The notes beneath the pieces were generated by a model. The model saw only the letters and a program-made list of their open reading frames with translations, ran no database searches and had not been told where the DNA came from. DNA of 64,000 nucleotides from Balanoglossus misakiensis (Eukaryota; Animalia; Hemichordata), in contig CM082588.2 of assembly GCA_040954595.2 (NCBI GenBank), forward strand, positions 5,280,102-5,344,101. The letters are read 5' to 3'. This document shows positions 39,001 to 50,736 of this stretch, piece after piece; positions within the stretch are counted from its first letter, which is position 1, and each line of letters opens with the position of its first letter. The position numbers and the translations under genes were made by a program.

Positions 39001-42000
39001 CAAAGCAAATAAATTTTGGCCATAATGGCGGGGAGCACAGAAACCAATTAAGCGGAAGCGCCGTCTCGTGGGATGAAAAGGTGCAGGGCCTTGGGCGCTT
39101 GGAAGCTTGCATGGCCATGTCGCAGTCACAGGGGAGAGATAGACTACCCTAGTAGACGTTTTCCCCCCTGGCCATCCCAGAAACAGAGAAACCCCATGCT
39201 AGCGTGAACAAGAGACGCCCGGGATAAATCGAACGTGTACACGTGGTTTGTATACGCCCAGATACAGACCCCAGGCCTACATGATATGAATGGAGTTAAA
39301 GCTGACAGTTGCAATTTGATTTTGCTGTGCACGATGAATGCCAGGCGATGTGTCGGGTCTTCTCGGCTTTGCCTACACGATTCACCATCTCTGTTTTTGC
39401 AGAGCCGCATAAATCTGAATTTGTCTCAGAAGCGAAATTGCCCTTTATTGTCGCGAATGTCCTTGCAACATGGTGGGATAATTCTTATTGGTCGGAGATG
39501 CATGTAAAATGGGCGTTGTCAAACTTTTGCATGTAATATGCATCAATTGGCCTCGTTAGGTTTCTACTCACAACAGGAACATGTTTCGGTGTTATGCATA
39601 GTGCAGTAATTTCTCTATGCAGGCACTGACATATTTCGAAAAACAAGACCCATAGGGCCCTGGATCGTAATTAAACCAAGATATTCAACAATCGAACAAC
39701 GAGCTGCCAAACATGAAGGGCGGTGTTGTTGAAAGCCAAAAATATGAATTTGGTCAATTCTGTGGTTCAAAAAGTTGCACAGTGTTCTCTGTTTTTTACA
39801 GTATAGTGTAAAGTTTCTTTATGGAGAAGTATGGGCGAAAATGGTGGTTATTGGTCAAGGAACTTCATTTAATTCATAACTTTGCTGCGTTAATAAATTG
39901 TCAGCGAACTGCACATTTAACCTTGCAAAGAGCGTGCACAATCGAGCACTTTCTAGTCGTGTTGGTGTAAAACTTACCCAACGTTTCTTTTTAATCGTTG
40001 CTCGTATGCCGTCAGCGAGGGGGCGTATCTCACACCACGATTCGGTCACCGAGCAACGGTTGCTATGCGCACCCTGACTGCGTATTTCAGCACGGAACGG
40101 TCACGCCCTCTCCCAGCCCCCTCCAGAGCAAAGCATTTGAACACGACCACTGACGAGATAATTCGTGACGTAAGGAACGCATCGCTTCCCCTTTTCACTG
40201 GGGAACTTCGTGAACGTGAACTGTTCAAGTCGGGAAAGCCATATATTTATCCGTATATGCTCCGATGGATGGTGATAGTACTCAGTCAACTTCCCTTTTT
40301 GGCCAACAAACCAATCAGAACTTGCATAAATGCCTGATAAGTATTTTATATGTAACTCTTCTGGCCAATGTTTCCGTCAGAAAAAATGTAACTCTTTTTC
40401 TCACAACTGCTTATTACACTGCCCCCTTGTTCAGTCACATTTGCCTCAATCACGATTGTGTGCTTATCACAGAACCTGATGGTCCGCCCTCAGGCGGTCG
40501 CAGATGGGTTCGTCCATGACGATTCCACACATATGTTATTCGCGTGGGTAATTTCGAAGAGACAGAGCGATTTTTTGCAGCAGATAGATTGAGATAACTG
40601 CACACTTGTTCCAGCGAATCTTACAGTTTTGGAATACGCCACGATTCCTCTTCGCTTGTGTTTTGCTCAACAACAACCCCTTTAGTATCGAGAATAACCG
40701 TGTAACCTTAATTTCCCATCGATTTTAAAGATATTCTCTCGTTGAAGATTTTACATTCTATTGTATCCATTCCTACCGCTGTATACTGGGATTATCATAA
40801 ACTTAAAGAGAAGGCCACTCATGGGCCACTACTGTCCACCCCCCCCCCCCACCACCACAAGAGAGGACCATATCAGGAAGCTAAGCAAACTGCATACGTG
40901 TGACACGTGCCCTCATCTACTAAATATCGACAGCATTAACAATTTATGATGGATTTTGTGGCACTTGATTATCGCCCCGCGAGTACCGAGTGGGCGTCGT
41001 ATCGTTATGTCCACCTCTTGACCAGAAACCTATATTTCATTACATCAAATAAAATCAATTGCAGAGTCAGATCCCGCGAAAAAGGCCATTCCTCCATCAG
41101 ACGAACTGAAGTTTTCCGTTTATATCATTCCACATAAATTTAAAGTTTTTTGCCTTGGTGACGGCGATACCACCTCAGTAATTGTTAAAATTTAAAGGAT
41201 TGAATTTCAAGTTCTTAAATGAACATCGTCAATTATATCCTTATGACTCACGACCTTTGAGTCCAAACTCAGGCTCCACCCAACCTAATATAAGTTCTGC
41301 AATACAAGCCTTCTCGGCTGCAGTGTTTCCTCATACTCAGCCCAAAACCGCCAGAGCGAGAAAGAAATGACAATTCGGTATCCATTTGTTGAAATTTGCC
41401 AGAGCATAGAGGGATCTTTAAATTGCCTCCCAACTCTGTGATAACTCATGAAATATCTGTCGTATCAGCCTATACGTAGTCAACAGGCACAAGTCTAACC
41501 TGTCAGACCTGTTAACGTACTTTGTACCGAAAAGTGTATCGTTTGTCGTTATTTCACCAAAGAAAGACAGAACAGCGATACAACGAGACGAATTTTCGGG
41601 GAGACTAGGAGGCAAAGTGCAGTTTCTGGCCTAGTTGCTACTGCCTTACTACCTCCGAGGTATGCCGTGTGTTCGTCACAAGATTTAGGAGGCTTGGCCC
41701 GATTTTGCTGATTTATGCGCAAATTTATCTAGCAATTTCTGGTCTTTGGTCAGATAGATTGACTCGTTGCTAAACAAACTGATAGGGTCTGTCAAAAGTA
41801 CGTGATATTTCTCGTGATAACCCGTGCACCCTCTCGAAGGATTCTGGCGTGATAATATGCGCACAAATCATCGCTCGTTGTGGTTTGTTATATTCATACG
41901 CATGCGCTACGGGTGCAATGAAACTTATGCCAAGGAGTTCGTGACGTCATTATGCCGTCTTTGCAAAGCGGTCGAGTTATGGGACACAATGCACTTACTG

Positions 42001-42963
42001 TAAAACCACCGATCTTATCTGACCATGGGACTCGAGAAGGGATACGGGAATTAAATCTTCCATGACAAGCGTAAGACGTTCCACTTCAAATAGTTGTTGG
42101 GTCTGTCTCTCCGTCAAATCTCAAATTGATTGATTCCCTTATAGTGACAATTATTTATAAGTTAGAATGAATTGGCGCTTTGTTGGTGGGGCAAAGATAC
42201 TTTTGCGTATTTGGCGATGAGTGGCCTTAGAGACTCGAACTCCACCACAAAACACGCACGCCCCTTCTCGAAATACACGCCCTAGTTGTACCCATCCCAC
42301 CTGGCTCAAACATACCCCCACGACAAGACAGTTCCGATACCGGCCGACCACATCTATGCCCAGGTACATGTACCTATCCCCATACCAGTCTAAAAGTCAC
42401 ACAGAAACTATTTGGCTGCAATGACTGGGGTCACCAAACGACAAACAGAGTGTTGTCCCGGGTTACTGCAGAAAAGCTTCCACGCACTTCGAAGTCGCCA
42501 ACTGTAACGATGGGAAGCGTTTTAGCCGGCGATTTCTGACAAAGCGTTCGATAAGTACACATCAATGGATGTTGTGTGGTTGTGTGTAACGCTTTTTGGT
42601 TGTCAATGGTTGCTAGGGTTTAATCACTGCAGATATTTTGAGTGCAGAAAACGCTCGGTTGTGAGTCCCAACCACCTGACATAAAACTACAGAATGTTCC
42701 ATTCTGCCAACTTCTTAAATTGTTTTTTTTTTAAATCTGCATTGCACTCTGTGTTTAGTACTTATCAAAAGAAAAATGGAGGGTGTTGACCAACGGTTTT
42801 CGAGAAAAATCAGGCGTCAGCGATTTCGGCAGTCGATTCAAGCAGACAAAACTAGTGTCGAACCATTTTCCACAAAAACAGCTTGGTGTGCGCCTTCGAT
42901 TGGCCATGGATTGGCCGTCTCGAGACAGCCACGAGTCGCTCGAAACTGCACAGGTTTTTTTAC

Positions 42964-42964
<1 letters not shown>

Positions 42965-43035
<71 letters not shown>

Positions 43036-43062
43036 GTGATGGTGATGGTGATGGTGATGGTG
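42965..43062. repeat. (GAT)n then (GGTGAT)n microsatellite
   Basis: Read directly from the sequence. Confidence 0.95.
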
Positions 43063-46000
43063 GTTCTTGTGGTGGTTCTGGTGGTGACGACGGCGGCGGT
43101 TGTGTTTGTGGTGGTGGTGACGTGGTGGTGGCGAAATTTTAACATTACGAGGGGACTAAAGGCCACAGCTCTGTTTTAATTTGGTCAACGCACGCCACGG
43201 GCGACAAATTGAGAGATAACTATGCCGTAGGCGTCCCCGCCTTCGGCTGGTCTTCGTGATTGACGCGACGTCTTTATGGCAAGTGATAAGGTTGTACATG
43301 TATGTAGGCGGTAATCACGAGGAGTAACAAACAAACTAACCAGACGCGTGACAAAACAAACCGTGTTGTTGCTAAAACAACACACGCGAAGTTATATTAC
43401 AATTATCCGTAACTACTAAAAGCAAAATAACAAAACAACAAAAAGGTTCTATAACTAAATTGTGGTCCGCTTTGGTTTTCAGTTAATGTGCTCATACACT
43501 TTGTCATGCTACCGTTTACTGTTTCCAGTGCAATGTAATAATTGTGGTTTGTCACCAAACCACAATAAATCTAGCGTTTTGACAAATTGAGCGTTGCTGG
43601 TAACTGGTTGCCTGTGGTTTTGTAAGTGGGCCTTCTCAATGAATAACCCGAGATAAGTAATACCCAGGTCTGCGTTTTCCCTTATTAATTTCACAGAAGC
43701 TGACATGCCTTTGGTGTCATGGTGAACTTGGTGCAAATTGGAATCTTACAATAACCCCGTTCCACGGTTTATACAGACATCACTCATTAATTATCACACG
43801 TTTGTGTTGGTGGCGTGATTTCACTCAGAACACATTAAATTGTCACATTTGATCGTCAATACCTTAAAATCAAGCTCGAGGTTCTATGCTCGATATAACT
43901 ATACCAGGCCTGGCAACTTCAGCACCCCGGCGAAATATGCAGATATTTCGTCAACATTTCCGCCTACCTTTTGTTCAGGAATTGTAGCCTAACATCCGTC
44001 GTCATGTTGTGTAGTGTACTAAGATAATCCACACTGGGTAGTGCGTCGTTGTGAAAGTAAAATGTATAGTCTCCTCTGGACATCGTCGAATCAACTTCAA
44101 AGAAGCCTTGTCGGTTCAAATCTTTAGGGAGGGGAAATTCTCTCCCTTGCGTCGGTGTCTGTGCATCTGTTGCTCAACGGCGGTCGGTAGGTTTTATGAT
44201 AAGTTAAGTCCCGCGTCGCCCAGGTGGGATCTGTCAGACCCTCTAAGTCCCCTTTAAAGTTCGTAACGAGAGAGAAACGCATCTAATTCGACCTGAATTT
44301 CATATGATTATAAGTGTCATTTGGGAGATAAACTATGGAGGCGTTATGCGCACGAGAGGGTTTCATGCTATATTTCATGTTTGCAAATTATGAAGAACTT
44401 CAGAAGAGCTATACTGAAAGCTGACTTCTAGGCGACAAAACTAGGGTGTCAAACTCCGGCATCGTGTTGACACGGCGCGTGAACCTTAGTCCGCCGGGCT
44501 CTGATTCATCACCCGTTGTGTCAACACACTTCACGTGCCCGCCGACTAAATATCATTGTTACCAATTGAAAAAAAAACTGCCATAACTGCTCAAGTGTGG
44601 TCTTTAATCTATGACTATTGTCGGTCGGCATTCCTCCAGCTCCCGGCATCCACTTGTGACCCGCTATATCAGCCGTGTTATGCGAGGTTAGACTGGCTCC
44701 CCGGGGCACCTAGTACATATACGGGCCACTCGAACTTTTTCGGACGTCCAGCCGAGTTTGGGGTTGGTGATCAGAGTCCGGAACGCGCGTGCGTCCGACT
44801 TGGGGCGTATGACGAGTGACTGCGCCTGACTCACGCGTGATCCAGCTGCCTCTGAGTTGGTAGTGGTATATGTGCGCATACAAAGTACGACCAGTTGGCA
44901 AAAAAGTCAAATATCTGGAAGGTCGTGGACGCGAATAACCTGCGAACAACGGAATTCAGAGCATAAGCTTAGGAAGGAAGCAGAACTTCAGGTGCCCTTT
45001 AATTTCAAGTGAATGCGTGACAGAGACAGGCTATTCTGATCATTTTATTTTAACGGCGTATACATGTACATATGTATATGCAAGGTATGATGCCACAAGT
45101 GAGAACCGTACTCTAGCCAAAATAAAGCGTTTATCATTCTGTCCTTGGATAAGCTGTGCACGTCATGATGATAAAATTATCACATTAACTGGCTGAAACC
45201 ACAAATAGAACATCCACGTTAGATCAGTGCAACAGATAAAGAATCGGATATGATAAAGTTATTCGTGACCCGCTGACATCGTTGTGTGCGTGATTAGATA
45301 TTCTCACGCGGACAATTATAGTGCAAATGATAATTGCCAATGGGCCATTATCATGTCTCCCATATGACCTTACATCCGCGTACTTTCGTGACATGAATCT
45401 AAAAGTCTGATAAAAACACCCTAATGTCCCAGCTGTAGTCAACTTATGTACTGAATTACCAAAGTCACTCTTTTTTCATTTGTAATGATTTTCGCATTTC
45501 TCAGGTTGTACCAACACCGGAGATACCTATACCATTTTGGAGACTAATTAAATATTCCTTGCGTGGTATCAATTCATTCCCGGCGGATTTGTGGGATCAA
45601 GGGGCAATGACTACGTAAGTATATACCTGACACAGAAATGTACTAGTGGTTCGTTTTATTAATCATTTTGTTTTTGGCCGGTCATCTTCGCCATCATGAT
45701 ACTAGTAGTAGGGAACAACGAAAGAAATTATGCACATCACGTTGGGGGCGAACTCACGCCCGCCGCACTGGTGTCGGTGGTCATGTTGGCAAACAATGTA
45801 CATGTAGTGTCACGGTGTGTGGAGTGACCGTGGTAGTGTAGATGAACATATGTTTTGCGTGTGTATTTTATGTAACTTTTATGACTCAACAAATACTAAC
45901 TAACTTATTTGCTCATTCAATGTTCTTATCTTTCGCTACGTTTCGAATGTCTGCTATGACTTTACCGGCCTACACTCGCTCCAATCATGTTTAGGCATGT

Positions 46001-47322
46001 AAACAAATGTTGCTGAAATCTCTTTTATTTTATGCATAAACACTTGGGGCAAGTTTGTGGTGTCGACAACGTGGCAACGCTTCAACGCCACAAATATATG
46101 AATATGCATAAGAAAAGGAAGTGTGAATTAAATCTTACGTCTGCTTTTGAAATTAAGTTGATTGTTATGCTAATTATACCCCTGGACATATGTGTAAGGG
46201 ATTCACACGTCACCGTCACTTCATTAGGATTTGCATCCCCGCACAGTCCACGGCTTGTGTTATTGTAGTCTTTGTCTGTGTTGTCTATGGTTGTATTGTG
46301 TGATACCCACATCAGTCATCCGGGGTTTTGTCTTACTTATTTAAGTTGGTGTGGGAGTTGTCTGAAGTGTTACTGAAATCAGTGTCGAGCTCTGTGTTGT
46401 TTGGAGTTGCACTTCATATAGAAGACACAGCTTCCGTCGCCCACTTCCGCCGTCAACTTCGCGAGTTATTGGCCACGAGTTTTAAAGGCGAGTTGCGACC
46501 CTCTCACTACAACTGTGGTACCTCTATCCTACAGCAGGCTGCGATTTGGATTGTCTCGGTAAGTACCCTTGCTGTTCGTCAAATTTGGGCGTATGCCGCT
46601 GTTTATTTGTGTGGAGAAATCCGCGACTGTTTTTGTGCCCTGGTAATGAGTAACAGCGATTGCATTGTATATGAAGAACACAAGACCACAGTCGAATTGG
46701 AGCAAAGAGGGGTCCACAATCCACCGTGATGAAGACGAGCAACTATATGCACATGAAAATGACCAACGATATTGCATTTAAAATGATAGCTTTTCGGTTT
46801 GTTTTTCGGGCAGTCTAGTGCCACGTGATTTTATTTCGACGTACCAAATGATACCACTGCACAGATAGTCCAGCAATCAGCCATAGGATTGCGCTCTTGG
46901 GGAGTGTTAGTACAGTGCACGGTTTAAAATAATTACGTAACAGTTTATTGAACTCTGGTACCAAAACAGCTGCGCTGTAATCGCGTGTGATATTCAGAAT
47001 CTCCTTATGTCATATTTGGAAGCACATTTCTCGAGATATAACTTCCATGACTGAACCATGCTTAGCTGCAATGGTTAGCTGCAGCGGATGCTGCTAGGTT
47101 GACTGGTGTTCGCAGCACTAGTCAAACCAGAGACCCTGGAGCTCCAGCCGCACTCCCTACTATGATTACAGCTGAGCTCTTTCAAACCCCTTGACCCGGC
47201 GACATAGATAATAATTGAACACTCTTTTTGTCAATAGTAACAATTCCAGAGGAAAATCCACTGAGGCTCCCTTGAAGACGCCGAATATCAAGTATCACCA
47301 AGACTAACAATAAGAACGGAAA

Positions 47323-49693
47323 ATGTTGCACGCTGCTCGACGCCTGTCCTCTGCCCGAGTTCTGGCTCCATTGTCTAGGTGTGCCACCCCCGCCATCTCC
47401 GTTATCACTCGGAGCCAGCACGCCGTGCCCTCGAACGAGGCTGTAAACAGTGCGAACAAGCACATGCCAAGACTTCTTGATCTAAGAAATGGCGAAAAGG
47501 TGAGAATGGATGTTCATCTTTTGACATTTTAATCTACTTGTGTTTTGTCCCGGACACTACAGTGTAGTTTAGAGCTTGACATGATCGTTGCCGTAGCAGC
47601 ATCTCCGCTTACTTCAACTTATATCGAGCAGTTTCAAGTTGAATGGCCAATATTGCAACTTGGTGTAAAGAGATCAATTGAATGCAATTATCTCACGTGA
47701 AACAAAAGTAATGACACAAATAGCGATTTATTTTCAGTTAATATAATATTTTAATGTGTACACATTTTCACATATAATGTATTTTGCAGGTCAAATCCAC
47801 ATTTTCCGAGGATGAAATGCAGCGTCGTGTTGGAGGACTTCGCAAACACATGGAAGAGAATGGTCTAGTTGCCAGCGTGTTAACCTCCTACCACAACATC
47901 AACTATTTCAGCGACTTTCTGTACTGTTCGTTCGGTCGGCCGTATGCGCTGATAGTGACCATGGACAAGACCGTCACGGTCTCGGCCAATATCGACGGCG
48001 GCCAACCATGGCGTCGTAGCCAGGAGGACAACGTGACGTACACCGACTGGCACAAGGACAACTACTACCACGCCATCGGGCGAGTCCTGAAGGACTACAT
48101 GGGGAAAATCGGCGTCGAGTACGACCACATGCCGTTGGACACCTTCAAGAAGTTCGAGAAGGCGTTGCCCGTCCGACCACTTGTTGACGTCGGCGATCCC
48201 ACCATGAAGATGAGAATGAAGAAGTCACCGGAAGAGATCGATCTCATCAAAGAGGGCGCTCGCATCGCCGACGTGGGTGGTTGGGCCTGTGTCGAGGCAC
48301 TCGGCGAAGGGGTTCGTGAACACGAGATTGCTCTGGCGGGAACTCAAGCCATGGTCAGAGAAATTGCCGACACCTACCCACACGCGGAATTACGAGACAG
48401 TATGTATCTTAGCTTGTATCTTAGCTAGCTTGTAACATTTCTCAGTATCCCCTGTGATGTAACTCCACGTCACACTGCAGAAAGCGACGACGAGATTCTG
48501 AAAGCTTTGCTGATTGGCTAAAACACACATTCTTCTGTTTTGCAGCTTGGGTATGGTTCCAATCGGGTATTAACACTGACGGGGCACACAACCCTGTCAC
48601 AAGTCGACCTATTCAGAAAGGAGACATTCTAAGTCTCAACTGCTTTCCAATGATCGCAGGGTAGGTGATTGATTAGTCGATTGGTTGGTTGGTTGGTTGA
48701 TTGATTGAATGATTGAAATTTATTAGCATATTATCTAATGCTTAGTTGATTGACATCTTTATCGTATATAAGGTGGACAGATATATAGCTTCACAAATCA
48801 GTAGTATTGCTGCGGACAAAGTGTGTCAAATTATAAAACTAGTAAAAGCAATGTATTATCAATACATAATAAACACGTGCATGATTTTATCACCAGATAT
48901 TACACAGCCCTGGAACGGACTATGTTCTATGACCACGTGCCCTCCGACCGTCACTTGGAGTTGTGGGAAATCAACTGCGAAGTTCATCGCAAAGGGCTGG
49001 AGCTGATACAACCGGGGAAGAGATGCTGCGATATCGCCGCCGAGTTGAATGAGATCTACGCCAAGTATGACGTGTTGAAGTTCCGCACGTTCGGCTATGG
49101 GCACTCGTTTGGGACGCTGTGTCACTACTATGGGCGGGAAGCCGGTAAGATGGTCTTTTCTCACAATTTTCGTTGTGAAAGGTCTTTGAACATAAACTGT
49201 ATTCGTCTTTCCTGTTTTGGTGTGAGAATTCGTTATACTGGAGCATGACAGATCACAAGATCTGTCTCAGAAGTGTGTTCGCCCAATAAAACAATTATGC
49301 TGCTATCTGTGGTTCACTGCACGGATTATACATGTATCATCAATTTTGATTCATATACATTGTGAGGGTATTTGCAGATTTCAAACTGTCAACTTTTTCA
49401 AAATTTTAAACAAATCCAGAAAACCGATAATTTCAATGCCACATTCTTCATCAAATGACCTTTTCTTCGCTCTTTTAGGCCTTGAACTACGGGAAGATAT
49501 TGAGACTGTACTGGAGCCAGGGATGGTGGTTTCCATGGAGCCCATGTTAATGCTTCCGGAAGGTCAGCCAGGAGCCGGCGGATACAGGGAACACGACATT
49601 CTGGTCGTCAAGGAAGATGGCGCCGAAAATATCACCAAATTTCCGTTCGGACCAGAGCGTTTGGGACCTGAGCGCCTGACTGCCAAGAATTGA
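47323..49693 (+). CDS. Creatinase (creatine amidinohydrolase, EC 3.5.3.3; M24/pita-bread fold) with putative mitochondrial presequence, 5 exons, 454 aa
   Basis: Exons 47323-47499, 47790-48399, 48546-48660, 48897-49144, 49479-49693. Introns are GT-AG, phases are consistent, total 1365 nt. Long blocks match bacterial (Pseudomonas-type) creatinase: RNGEKVKSTFS, TSYHNINYFSDFLYCSFGRPYAL, SANIDGGQPWRRS, YTDW-KDNY, WFQSGINTDGAHNPVT, KGDILSLNCFPMIAGYYTALERT, FGYGHSFGTLCHYYGREAGLELREDIETVLEPGMVVSMEPM, GAGGYREHDIL, ENITKFPFGPE. Confidence 0.95.
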
Positions 49694-50736
49694 ATGTGCT
49701 AATATAACATCGGACAGAACCCTTTAAAGGGGGGGGGGGGGGATTATAAGACTGGTTCTTAAAAGTCTTTGCACGCGGAAGCCTTAATTATATTTTTTAA
49801 ATGATATGTACAAAATGAAGCAATGAACATTCGTGTTCCTTTTAATTCTTATTTAAGTGATGTTTATAAATGGATTTTGACGATGACACCAACATGACCT
49901 GTTGAATTTCAATAAGGGTCGATAAAGTTAATACTTCCTTAGGAGGTCATCGCGCATGTTATTTTATGCTTAATTGTAATCAAGCAATGAATAAATGCAT
50001 TTTTATGTATATTAGATATTTGTACGGGCGTGTGTGGTGAAATAACCGGAATTATGACACTTTACTCTTTTACGACATCAGGCAGCGCAACAACACCAGT
50101 CGTCAGCCGAGGCGGGTTCCTTCTGTTGGTCGATTTTTGCATATATACATGTACTTAGCAGGATTTGGCCGTCTGATTGGATGATTCATATTTTGTGACA
50201 GGTGGTCTGACGAAGCCTTTCATGAGTCGAGGTTGGCTGTTCACGTCATCATCGCAAAGACTCGCGAAGGGGGAACATCTCTGGGCGGTTGTACCGGTAG
50301 ATCTTGCTCACTGGTAAGTTCAATTTGACATTACTTATACATGTACACACAATCGCTCATGTACTAGCACTTGTTGCGGCAAATAAGCCAGAATGTGTGG
50401 TGTGTGAAATGTAGGATTTAGATAGCGTGGCCGTCCGCGGATGCATGCATATCATTGAGTCACTCACCATTGTTATCCAAACATAACGAAGTGGTATTTT
50501 GTCGCATCCAAAATTCATTCGCGACGGTGATTCAAACATGCGTAACTGGCAGCGAAGAATGATTTTGGCCACGGGACTGGCCGTAGTGCGCCCACTTCTG
50601 ACGGGGGCAATATATCAACCAGAAAACTGTACGATGTTAAAGTGTGTGGAGTTATTTTAAAGCAGGAAAAAAACAGGGTGGTCACCATCAAAATCATTGG
50701 TTTACCTTTTCCTCTATTTAAATTTCAGCTGTCGGA

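Noticed and set aside
42427-42670. Weak inverted ends (tggggtcaccaaacga / tcggttgtgagtccca) suggesting an old MITE
   Set aside because: Too degenerate, with no target-site duplication and no second copy in the window.
46328-46729. 133-aa ORF upstream of creatinase
   Set aside because: It has a non-ATG start and no homology I recognise. It is more likely promoter or UTR sequence.
47323-49693. Creatinase as bacterial contamination or as an ordinary Xaa-Pro aminopeptidase
   Set aside because: Four phase-consistent GT-AG introns and continuous eukaryotic flanks exclude contamination. The motifs are creatinase-specific (LNCF and ALERT in place of the metal-binding Asp residues of aminopeptidase P).
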